From the IMG/VR virus record IMGVR_UViG_3300033068_001847, positions 120,210 through 184,209 of that record: 64,000 nt of DNA, one strand, 5' to 3'. Below, piece after piece: positions 42,002 to 51,140 of this stretch (positions within the stretch are counted from its first letter, which is position 1; the number at the start of each line of letters is the position of its first letter). The translations under genes and the position numbers were made by a program. The DNA comes from a virus. Its lineage: Duplodnaviria > Caudoviricetes. Under the pieces are notes generated by a model. That model saw nothing but the letters and a program-made list of their open reading frames with translations. It searched no databases and had not been told where the DNA came from.

Positions 42002-42208
42002 ATGGATACATATAATAAATTAAAGGAAATGATAGTTGAGATGGAAAGAGATGTAGATAAGATTTTTAATAAAAACCAATCACAAGCAGCTATAAGAGTA
42101 AGGAGACATTTACAAGAAATCAGAACTTTATCCAAGGAGTTAAGGCAAGAAATACAAGACTCATTAAAACATCACGAACAAAATAAAAACAATAACTTTC
42201 AATTATAA
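42002..42208 (+). CDS. Histone H1-like (Hc1) nucleoid protein, Bacteroidota type
   Basis: D.DK...K.N..AA.RVR..LQEI...KELR.EI pattern. Confidence 0.75.
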   Translation: MDTYNKLKEMIVEMERDVDKIFNKNQSQAAIRVRRHLQEIRTLSKELRQEIQDSLKHHEQNKNNNFQL

Positions 42209-42825
42209 TATTTAATTACATGCTAGAAAACTCTCCATTTGATAATGATGATGAAATTAAAAATCAAATTGTTAAAACATTATGTTATAAAATAACTGAG
42301 AAAATTCATAATAATAAAGCATATGTTAATTACTTACTTAATAGTCCAATCTTACATGAAAAATTATTAGTAACGTTGAACGATGCATTACATATTCACG
42401 AAATTGATGAAAATTATGAAATGTGCCAGATGCTTTATAATTTTAAGAATATTCTGATCAAACAGAATTTGAATTAATGAAAAAGTTCCTTATTTTAGTA
42501 TTTACCTTTTTAATAGTTTTCCCACTTGGAATAATATCTAAATTATTTTATTGGGTACATTCAACAATCAATCAACTGTTAATATTTTACAAAAATTCTA
42601 TTGATAAAAATCAAGTTAAAAAATGGACAACTATTTTTAATGTAGAATCTAAAGAAGGTACTTGGGAAATAATAAACGGAAAATTGGATATTGTAAATAA
42701 AGATGTTGAAATAATTAAGGACGGAATAGATTTTTTATATTTCAAAGATAATGAAATAGACCCTACTTTTAATATTAAATTAACAGCTATTGAATTTCAA
42801 GAACTATTAGATTTTGCAACACATT

Positions 42826-42882
42826 TAAATAAAAACATAACTAAATAAAAACATAACTAAATAAAAACATAACTAAATAAAA
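42826..42882 (+). repeat. Tandem repeat, 3.5 x TAAATAAAAACATAAC (16 nt)
   Basis: Exact copies start at 42826, 42842 and 42858, with a partial copy at 42874. Confidence 0.95.
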
Positions 42883-43185
42883 TATGGAAAACGATTTTCA
42901 AAATGAAAGTGCTGAACAAGATTCATCACAAATAGTAGCTAATACCGCATCCTATGGATCAGAAGGAAGATTATACTTAAATAATGTAGCTGATAATTAT
43001 GTTGGTAGAAAGCCAAAAGCTAGAGAAATACTTATTACCGAAGTAGATCATGGATATATCATCAAGATCGGTTGCCAAACACTTGCTTTAGAAACACAAA
43101 CCTCTTTATTTTTAAATCTTAAAAAGTATTTGGAAGATCCACAAGGTATAGAACAAAGATGGATGAGTAATGATTTAAAATTGTA

Positions 43186-43506
43186 ATGGCTGTAATAAAA
43201 GAAGAAAGAAAAGAACAGGATGGTGTGATAGTTGAGGCATTATATCATGATTCAAATAACGTCCTTAAAACAAGTTATAATTATACAACTAACCAATTAA
43301 TAGTTACCTTTATTAAAGGTGGCGTGTATAATTATAACGCTGTTTCTGTAAGACTGTATGAAGATTTCAAGAAAGCTGAGAAAGGTGGTACTTTTCTAAA
43401 TGCTAATATTAAAAAATCGCATACAGCAGTTAAAAAAGGAGTGATAAGTGAACAACAGCTTACTACTCTTAAAGAAAAAATTAATTCTTATAAAAGCACT
43501 GATTAA
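43186..43506 (+). CDS. KTSC-domain protein
   Basis: S.NV....Y......L.V.F..G.VY.Y..V....Y..F..A...G.FLN. Confidence 0.8.
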   Translation: MAVIKEERKEQDGVIVEALYHDSNNVLKTSYNYTTNQLIVTFIKGGVYNYNAVSVRLYEDFKKAEKGGTFLNANIKKSHTAVKKGVISEQQLTTLKEKINSYKSTD

Positions 43507-44078
43507 CTCAGTGCTTCATAAAACTTCTTAGCATATCCAGCAATAAGTTCAGCCTTATCTAATCCATTAATAATTTTTCTAGCATTAACCCAATCAGTGG
43601 TTTTATCGTTGAAATAATTTTCTAGTGATTTACCAGTAAAGTCACCAAATGAAGATGCCCCCTTGGTCATACCCTCGATCATAATTTTGGTAGCAATTCT
43701 TTTATCTAATGCAAGTTCAGGATAGTTTAAAAGATCTACTTTTAGTATTTTACCCATATTATCATAGTTTTCATACCAAGTTAGTTGAACGAATCCCCTT
43801 CCATAATAAAGCTTATCAGGTGTGGTATAAGGCTTTCTGGACATCTTTAGTTTCTTACCGTAATCATATTTCTTACCCTTACCATATTCCTCAATAGCTT
43901 GCATGGTTTTAGCAGTCTCATGAAAGGCAGTAGCTAACATATAAGCGATCCATCTTTTATCTAGTGAAATAAGTTCACACTCAGTTAAAATAGCATTGAT
44001 TCCTTCAAATTGTGAAGGTTTAAGCTTACCTTCGAATAGGTTAGCTCTGATGTAGTCGTAAAATTTTTGTCTGTCCAT
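43503..44078 (-). CDS. Endolysin, glycoside hydrolase family 19
   Basis: AYMLATAFHET, YYGRGFVQLTW..NY and ARKIING; TATTTAT at 44083-44089. Confidence 0.9.
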   Translation of the reverse strand: MDRQKFYDYIRANLFEGKLKPSQFEGINAILTECELISLDKRWIAYMLATAFHETAKTMQAIEEYGKGKKYDYGKKLKMSRKPYTTPDKLYYGRGFVQLTWYENYDNMGKILKVDLLNYPELALDKRIATKIMIEGMTKGASSFGDFTGKSLENYFNDKTTDWVNARKIINGLDKAELIAGYAKKFYEALS

Positions 44079-44125
44079 ACCAATAAATACTTGAAAATTT
44101 ATATTAGTATGTTATTTTTACAATA

Positions 44126-44971
44126 ATGAATGAGTTAGAAGATCGGTTCTTAAGAAGTTTGGATAAGTTTATGTATTATAAAAATATACATGAGTTACAA
44201 TTGTTTTTCCAAGATATCGGGTTAATTAGTAATCCTAAAGAAATAGGTTTTTATTCCTGTGGATCAGGAAATGAGATTATAGTAAATCTCGATGAGACCT
44301 CAAATTTTGACAAATTTTCCCACGTTACAAACGGTAGGTTTATTTGGGACTTAGTAGAATACTATATTCATTATTTTAAAATAAATGAACATAGTATTAC
44401 CACCAATTTTCCAATCACTTTCAAAGCTGGTGTAGTTAAAAAAGATGAGTTAAGAATATTTGAAGATAAAATTAAAATAGTAGATGGATCTTTATTAAAT
44501 AGTTATTTACTGGAGGATGTTATTTTCGTTGAAAACTTTTATCATTATTATTATAATTACAATAAACTTTTTGATAATGGTCAAAGACGTACAGGTAAAT
44601 CTATTTGTGATGTATATATGAAGTTAATTGATATATATATTAATGGATTAGAATATAAACATGATATGAAATTTCAATATTCACATGAAATTAATTTATG
44701 TATGAAAATCATTAACCATAGTTTTTTAGGTAAAATGATTAGTGAGTATTATGGATTTAACGATTATTCAGATAAAAGTATAAGAGTATTTAGTAAACCT
44801 AAAAATCACCAATCTACAGATGTTCGTAAGAATCAAGCAGGTATAGAAATTATAAATGCAATTTATAACTTCGGACACAGAATAAAAATATGGGATTTCC
44901 GTGTACCATTTCTTGATAAATTTAATGAACCCATTATAAGACCAACTAGAAAATTTTATGAATTTTATTAA
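44126..44971 (+). CDS. Long member of the paralog family (N-terminal family domain plus extension)
   Basis: NIHELQLFF...IG...IIVNLD...VTNGRFIWDLVE aligns with the 60781 ORF. Confidence 0.5.
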   Translation: MNELEDRFLRSLDKFMYYKNIHELQLFFQDIGLISNPKEIGFYSCGSGNEIIVNLDETSNFDKFSHVTNGRFIWDLVEYYIHYFKINEHSITTNFPITFKAGVVKKDELRIFEDKIKIVDGSLLNSYLLEDVIFVENFYHYYYNYNKLFDNGQRRTGKSICDVYMKLIDIYINGLEYKHDMKFQYSHEINLCMKIINHSFLGKMISEYYGFNDYSDKSIRVFSKPKNHQSTDVRKNQAGIEIINAIYNFGHRIKIWDFRVPFLDKFNEPIIRPTRKFYEFY

Positions 44972-45376
44972 ACACATTACCTCTTTTGAATTATCAAAAG
45001 AATTATTTGAATACGGAGTTGATCCCATCTTAGATATAGGATCTTTTGGATATCATAAGTTAACTGAAGAGTTATTTATAATTTTGAATACTAATGAAAA
45101 AACTTCAAAAACCTTTTCTTTTGAAACGGGTAAAAATGAAGAAATAAAAAACAGTATAATTTACAAAGCTTACTTAGCTTCTGAGTTAGGAGAATTATTA
45201 CCTAGTGAATATAATTTACCTATTAAAGTTGAAGATGGGTGGGCATATATTTCTGGTGAAAACGAAATAGTGTTAGTTGAAAATGATGATTATTATGAAA
45301 CTGAAACCCAAGCCAGAATGAAGTATTTATTGTATTTCTTGAAGCTTAAAATGATTAAACCAGAAGATTTAAATCC

Positions 45377-45787
45377 ATGAAAAAAGAAATAGGAACAACT
45401 GATATTGAAGATGTAATTAACGATACTACTTATTCTGAGGTTGATAAAATAAAATATAATAAAGATATAAGAAATGTCATTGGAAAAATATACGGTCTAG
45501 GTATATTAACAGGTGAGGAAAGATCTAAATTTAATTCTGAAGCTGCTTACAAAGAATGGAAAAAAAATAAGGTAGATCATGAGGAAATATTAGAAGAATT
45601 GATAAGTGAGTTGGCAAGAAATATCCTAGAAAAAGATCTAAAATATCATGCAAACCCACCTGAATACATTGTAGCTTGTGATTTTTCAAGAGAAAATAAT
45701 AATAAGGATATTAACACTATACTTAGAACTTTTAAAAAAGACGGGATTCTATATGTGAATAGTCCAGATTTTAATGATTATATTTAA
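45377..45787 (+). CDS. Hypothetical protein with a terminase-nuclease-like peptide near the C-terminus
   Basis: EYIVACDFSRENNNKD versus terminase QYLLAADVSRGDSDD. Confidence 0.45.
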   Translation: MKKEIGTTDIEDVINDTTYSEVDKIKYNKDIRNVIGKIYGLGILTGEERSKFNSEAAYKEWKKNKVDHEEILEELISELARNILEKDLKYHANPPEYIVACDFSRENNNKDINTILRTFKKDGILYVNSPDFNDYI

Positions 45788-45818
45788 CTTTTGAAAGTAT
45801 TTATAATAAAATACATTA

Positions 45819-46211
45819 ATGAAAAAAGAAACTATAATCAGACTTAATGAATCACAAATGCAGAATGTGATTAAAAATACTATTAAAGAAGTTAAAAAAA
45901 ATACTATTAACGAAAACTGGTTTGTTGATATGAGCTTACAGATGGGTGATTTTATGTATACACATTTTCCTAACCTTTTTAAAGAATTATTATCATTCCA
46001 TACACAATGGGGAAATGAAGGTAATTTTGACTTTTCAGATCCTGAAATATTAAAACGTGCTAAAGAAGCTGTTGGTGTAATGTTATCAGTACCAGCTAGT
46101 ATAGCTACATTCTTCGGTGGTACATCTGCCGCAATTCAGGTTATGAATAAATACGGTGATAAAATTGATACGGCTAAACAAGCATTCTTCAAGCGATTTG
46201 CTAAAACATAA
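45819..46211 (+). CDS. Stand-alone late gene with capsid-targeting-like leader and a hydrophobic segment
   Basis: MKKETIIRLNESQMQNVIKNTIKE; own TATTTAT (45798-45804) and own terminator. Confidence 0.6.
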   Translation: MKKETIIRLNESQMQNVIKNTIKEVKKNTINENWFVDMSLQMGDFMYTHFPNLFKELLSFHTQWGNEGNFDFSDPEILKRAKEAVGVMLSVPASIATFFGGTSAAIQVMNKYGDKIDTAKQAFFKRFAKT

Positions 46212-46231
46212 TTTTAAGTAAAATATATTTT

Positions 46232-46260
46232 AACCCTGACCTAAAAAATCAGGGTTTTTT
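46232..46260 (+). terminator. Rho-independent terminator
   Basis: AACCCTGA...TCAGGGTT followed by a T-run. Confidence 0.8.
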
Positions 46261-46261
46261 A

Positions 46262-46292
46262 TTTGTATTATAATTTTTATGGTTTATATTTG
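46262..46292 (+). promoter_or_regulatory. Bacteroidota-type promoter (TTTG, 19 nt, TATATTTG)
   Basis: Both consensus elements with correct spacing, just after the terminator. Confidence 0.65.
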
Positions 46293-46526
46293 TATAATGA
46301 TTAATAAAAAATATTATTTTATTACATATCAAGGCGAAAGGCGTGATAGTGGAGAACCAAATATTTGGAATCAAGTTATAAATACGTCACCAATGGCATT
46401 TATAAAAGATGTTTTAAAATGCGAACTAGAATCTGAAAATGGTGGATATTATAGAGATTTTATTGTAATTAATACTTGTGAAATCTCAAAAGAAGATTTT
46501 ACAAAATATCAACATGAGTTTTAAAT

Positions 46527-47066
46527 ATGAAATTATGGAGTATTCAACACCTTCATCAATTAGAAGAGTTTAAAAATACACAAATATTAACTTGTGATGA
46601 AACTTATATGGATGAAGATTTTAAATCATCTTATGATTGGATCATTACTAAAATGAAACATATAGATAATCCTTATAAAGCAAATTATCCTATATGGGCT
46701 TGGAAGAACTGGACTCCAGAAAACGCTAAACCAGATCTAAGATCATATTCACGAATGAGTGAAAAAGGTAAGGATTTGATTAGGATTGAATTTGAAGTTG
46801 AAGATAAAAATATATTGGTAACTGATTTTGATTATTGGCATTCAGTTTTAAATTTTGGATATATTTTTCCTACAAAAGAAAGCGAAGATGATTGGTGTGA
46901 TGATGATTGGGATGATCCTAAGTATAAATTTACTGATGAACAAATTATTAAATCATGGGATAATATTTTTAATTTAGGTGAACGAAAAAGTGGATATAAC
47001 CAAGCATGTGTTTGGTATATACATATGGATCAAGTAATAAACATAACTCACTTTAAAACAAGATAA
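46527..47066 (+). CDS. DUF3841-like protein
   Basis: LWSIQ...YDW...M...YPIWAW...PDLR...DFD.WH.VLN...Q..W. Confidence 0.75.
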   Translation: MKLWSIQHLHQLEEFKNTQILTCDETYMDEDFKSSYDWIITKMKHIDNPYKANYPIWAWKNWTPENAKPDLRSYSRMSEKGKDLIRIEFEVEDKNILVTDFDYWHSVLNFGYIFPTKESEDDWCDDDWDDPKYKFTDEQIIKSWDNIFNLGERKSGYNQACVWYIHMDQVINITHFKTR

Positions 47067-47951
47067 TGTATAATAGAACAGAACACTACTTTTTTAGGAA
47101 ACACAGATTAGGAAAAATGTGGAATTTTGATATTGAAAGTGTAAATTTAATATATTCGGATTGTACAACACATCATGGATTACAGTGTAATCATATGGGA
47201 GACACCCCTGAATATGAAAAGATTATGGAACTTAGTTCCCAAGTTGTTAAGTTGATTAAAGAAATAGATAAATTAAATAATCCATCAGATTATGATGGAA
47301 TTTTTGCAATGAAAAAACATGAAGAAGTTAGATAAAAATGGTACAGAACTAAATGTGAATGATGAAGTAATGTTCATGGATAGAAAATTTACTATTCATG
47401 AGTTTAAATTACGGTCATATGGATATGTTGTTTATGAAGGTGATTACGCTCATCCAATTACAGATCTAGTGAAAGTAGAAGAAGATCCAAAAGTTCTTGA
47501 TAATAAATTACCTGTTAGTCATTTTTATAAACAAAAATAATGAAGAATGTTAGAGAAAAATATGGTAAAGAAGGTTTTTCGGATGTAGTAATACCTGAGA
47601 CAAAAGTTAGAACATGTTGTGGATGTAAATATCATGATCATGCTATGATTAAATCTGGAATGCATCCAATTTACGAAGATAAATGTAAACACCCTGATAT
47701 CTATAATATTAAAACCTTTACGTATGCGGGACAATTATCAGATATTAGAGTAAGTGGATATATTGAAACACCTAAATGGTGTCCCTTCTTACAAACTCCA
47801 AAAGAAGAAATTAAAGAAACAACGCTGAATATAGCTAAGGAAAATTATGATGCTTTATTAAAGTCAGGAATGTTTTGGGTTTTCTTTCCTGAAAATACTG
47901 GTAAATGGGAAGAAGATCAAGAAAGGTTTTTAACATACTTCAAAACAACAT

Positions 47952-48317
47952 ATGGTTATAAGAACATTACCGAAAGATAGTTTCCATGAATGGATGGGAA
48001 CTAGAGGTATAAATGAATCTAATGTAGAAGATCAAGTAAACGATGCATTCATTTGTATTAATGGAACTTATTTGGAAAAAGAACCACCATATTTTAACTA
48101 TAATCACTCAAATGTTTTAAATTTATTATTTGATGATGTGGAAGAAGATGGAATAGATACTTACCAAGGTAGAAACTCCCCAACCAAGGCATTTACTAGA
48201 ACACAAGCTGAAGAAGTAATTGAATTTAAAAAGAATAATCCATATATTCAACCCAATAATCAGGTAATCGCAATGTTAAACAGAGTATTAAGAGAAGATT
48301 GGAATAATCATGAGTAA
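47952..48317 (+). pseudogene. Protein-tyrosine/dual-specificity phosphatase-like protein lacking its catalytic loop
   Basis: Flanking family motifs present (ICIN, NVLNLLFDD, FT..QA..VI.F, NP.I.PN) but no HCxxGxxRS. Confidence 0.55.
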
Positions 48318-49017
48318 TAAGGAGAAAAAATAAATATGACAAGCAGAGATTTTGCCTACTGGCTTATGGGATTCTTTGAAATAGCAAATCCTAAAACATT
48401 AAATGAGGAACAAACAAAAATCATCAAAAATCATCTTGATTTAGTTTTCTATCATGAGATAGATCCTTCCTATACAAACGATCCTAATGAACAACAAAAA
48501 ATGAATGATATTCATAATGGATCATCATTCAATTATGTTGATGGTGAAGATGGTATAAACCCTAGTACTAGCGGGTTTAAACCTACCTATGATAGTGATA
48601 ATACAATTTTACGTTGCTAAGTTATGACTGATAAAAAATTATTAGAAAAAAATGGATGGATTACCGAATGTGAAAGCCCGTTTGAAATCAGACATATTGA
48701 AACAGGTAGTTTTGCTACTGGATTAGCTGCTTATGCAGTATTGAGAGAATTAGAATCTGAAGAAGATGAGGAAACATTATCAGACTTTGCAAAAGTGATT
48801 AATCATTTAATGATGGATATTCCGTATAAGGATTTTTCTGAAGAATTAAATGAACTACATACACATTTACAACGAGATATAAATAGTGATAGTGTTGATA
48901 GAACTATTTTCCATATGATTTATTCATCATTGGGATTAGAAGAAACGTACTCAGACTCTACAGGTAACTTTGAAATAGTTTCTGATTTGATCGTAAAATA
49001 TTTAAACAATAATAACA

Positions 49018-49308
49018 ATGACTAGAAACGAACACCTAATTAAAATATTAGAAGAAGAATGTTGTGAAACAGCAATAAGAGCTTCCAAGGCTTTACGGTT
49101 TGGGATCAATGAAATTCAAATAGATCAAGATCTAACTAATGCTGAACGAATAGTATATGAATTTAATGATATACTGGCTATGATGGAGTTATTATATGAT
49201 GCAGGTTTAATCCCGCAAATTATGGATCGGGAAGCTATAGAAAAGAAGAAACTTAAAATAGAAAAATTCTTTATTATCTCAAGAGAACAAGGAACTTTAA
49301 CTGATTGA
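49018..49308 (+). CDS. MazG-like NTP pyrophosphatase-fold protein
   Basis: LEEECCE....SKALRFG...E..D. Confidence 0.6.
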   Translation: MTRNEHLIKILEEECCETAIRASKALRFGINEIQIDQDLTNAERIVYEFNDILAMMELLYDAGLIPQIMDREAIEKKKLKIEKFFIISREQGTLTD

Positions 49309-49630
49309 AATTATGAATGATTTAACATTTACAGTAACTGAAAACCATTTAATTTTATTGAAAAACTTATATATTAATTGGCATCATAATGAATTAGAAA
49401 TTGATTCCAAAAGACCATTTGGTGATAGTAATATATATCAAAGTATTATAGATGCACTTTCCTTAGAATATTTTAAAAATGATGATGAACGAGAAGAGAT
49501 ATGTGAAGAACTTTATATAGGAACTGCAACAGCTTTACAAATAGCATTATCTGTAGGGTACTTTAAAACAGGTGATTATTATAGACCTGAAAAATATGAT
49601 ACCAGATTATGGTTACCTAAAGAATAATTT

Positions 49631-50152
49631 ATGTCACCTTGTACTGCAACCTTCCCAATAATACCCCAATATCCATCTAAAATTGCGATAAGATTTAATT
49701 CATTTTTATATAAGGTTAATGATTTTTTTGAAGAATTTTTAATAGATAATTATTGTAATTTTTGTGAAATTAAAATATTAAATATAAATGATATTGAAAC
49801 ATCTACTTTGTTTTTCAATATACATCTACTAAAACGAGAATATCAAGTTAAGCAAACAATTAATGATATATTGGAAGTTATATTTGATGAATTTAAATAT
49901 ACAAATACACCTTATTATAAAGAAAATACAGGAATACTGTTTAAAGATTATCAAGGTCAACCACTTAAATTATTTAAAAATGGTAAATTAACTGATTTAT
50001 ATGAGGAAAGGGTAATAAGTGATATTGGAAATATAGATAAAATAGTATATAAAGAAGTTGAACCTAGATCTAATTATCCTAGTCAATTCACTCAAGGGAT
50101 TCATATAATGAATTCATACGGTACTTTTAATTTTAATGGAGTAATAGTATAA
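49631..50152 (+). CDS. Paralog family member with C-terminal extension
   Basis: KVNDFFEEF...INDILEVI pattern. Confidence 0.45.
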   Translation: MSPCTATFPIIPQYPSKIAIRFNSFLYKVNDFFEEFLIDNYCNFCEIKILNINDIETSTLFFNIHLLKREYQVKQTINDILEVIFDEFKYTNTPYYKENTGILFKDYQGQPLKLFKNGKLTDLYEERVISDIGNIDKIVYKEVEPRSNYPSQFTQGIHIMNSYGTFNFNGVIV

Positions 50153-50200
50153 TTAAAAAAAGAAAATGTCTTAAATCACCTTAATTTATATCAAATAATT

Positions 50201-50863
50201 ATGAAACCATTTTTCGAACCAAAGTTAGGTTCTAAACTTAGATTTTTACCACCTGTACTCAACCAAGAATCAGCGATAACACGGAGTAATGTCACATTAG
50301 ATCAAATGGATCAAGTAATTGGGAAAGCGTTATTTACTCAAGCTGATATTATATTAACAATTAATAGATCCAAAAAACCTCTTATATCTTATCCAATTCC
50401 TGTAATAAAAGGTTTAGGTAAGGGGCAAATTAATACTTTTTTAGCACCTAGTGGTATAGGTAAATCAACCTACATGGAACGACAAATTAAACTCTATGAA
50501 TTAACCCGTAAATTAAAAACAATCAATAAAAATCTACGTGAATTCTTTTTACCATATTCTATTGAAAATAATCCAAAAAAGAAAGGTAATATTACGTCAT
50601 GTGTTAACTGCTATTACATAGCAAATAAAGTTGCAATCACTATTAATTTATTCAAATTCAATAAGACTCTTTTCCCACGTACCTCAACAACTACTTTAGT
50701 TAAAGATTTTTCTGAAGTCATTACAATGTTATTGGAGAAAAATGTTGAATTAGTTTATGCATATCATTTTTATCTTTTGGATGGTAATGAAGTTATTTAT
50801 AATCCAATAACTAAAATAGTAACTACAGGAGGTATGGTAAAAGTTACAAACAATTATACTTAA
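50201..50863 (+). CDS. Chimeric protein: helicase-like peptides plus C-terminal paralog-family domain
   Basis: GLGKGQINTFLAPSGIGKST; C-terminal INKNLREFFLPY...STTTLVKDFSEVI. Confidence 0.55.
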   Translation: MKPFFEPKLGSKLRFLPPVLNQESAITRSNVTLDQMDQVIGKALFTQADIILTINRSKKPLISYPIPVIKGLGKGQINTFLAPSGIGKSTYMERQIKLYELTRKLKTINKNLREFFLPYSIENNPKKKGNITSCVNCYYIANKVAITINLFKFNKTLFPRTSTTTLVKDFSEVITMLLEKNVELVYAYHFYLLDGNEVIYNPITKIVTTGGMVKVTNNYT

Positions 50864-51140
50864 TTCTATTCTTCTGCTTCTATTCCGAAAATATTATTAA
50901 TATCATCTACTGTTATAGTTCCAAATTTATTCAATTTGTTTAATAACTCTTTTCTATAATTATTTTTTTCCTTATCGAAAATCTGTTGTAGTTCTTTACC
51001 AGCAGATTTATAACCTTGGAAACCATCTCGTTCAGGATGTATATAAATATGTTTTGCTACTATTAGTGACAAGTTTTTCATATATCAAAAATATATAAAA
51101 AACTTGACTTTTACAAAAGGTATATTATTTTAGTTTAAAC

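Noticed and set aside
42826-42882. CRISPR array
   Set aside because: The repeats are directly adjacent with no spacers, only 16 nt long, and there are no cas genes.
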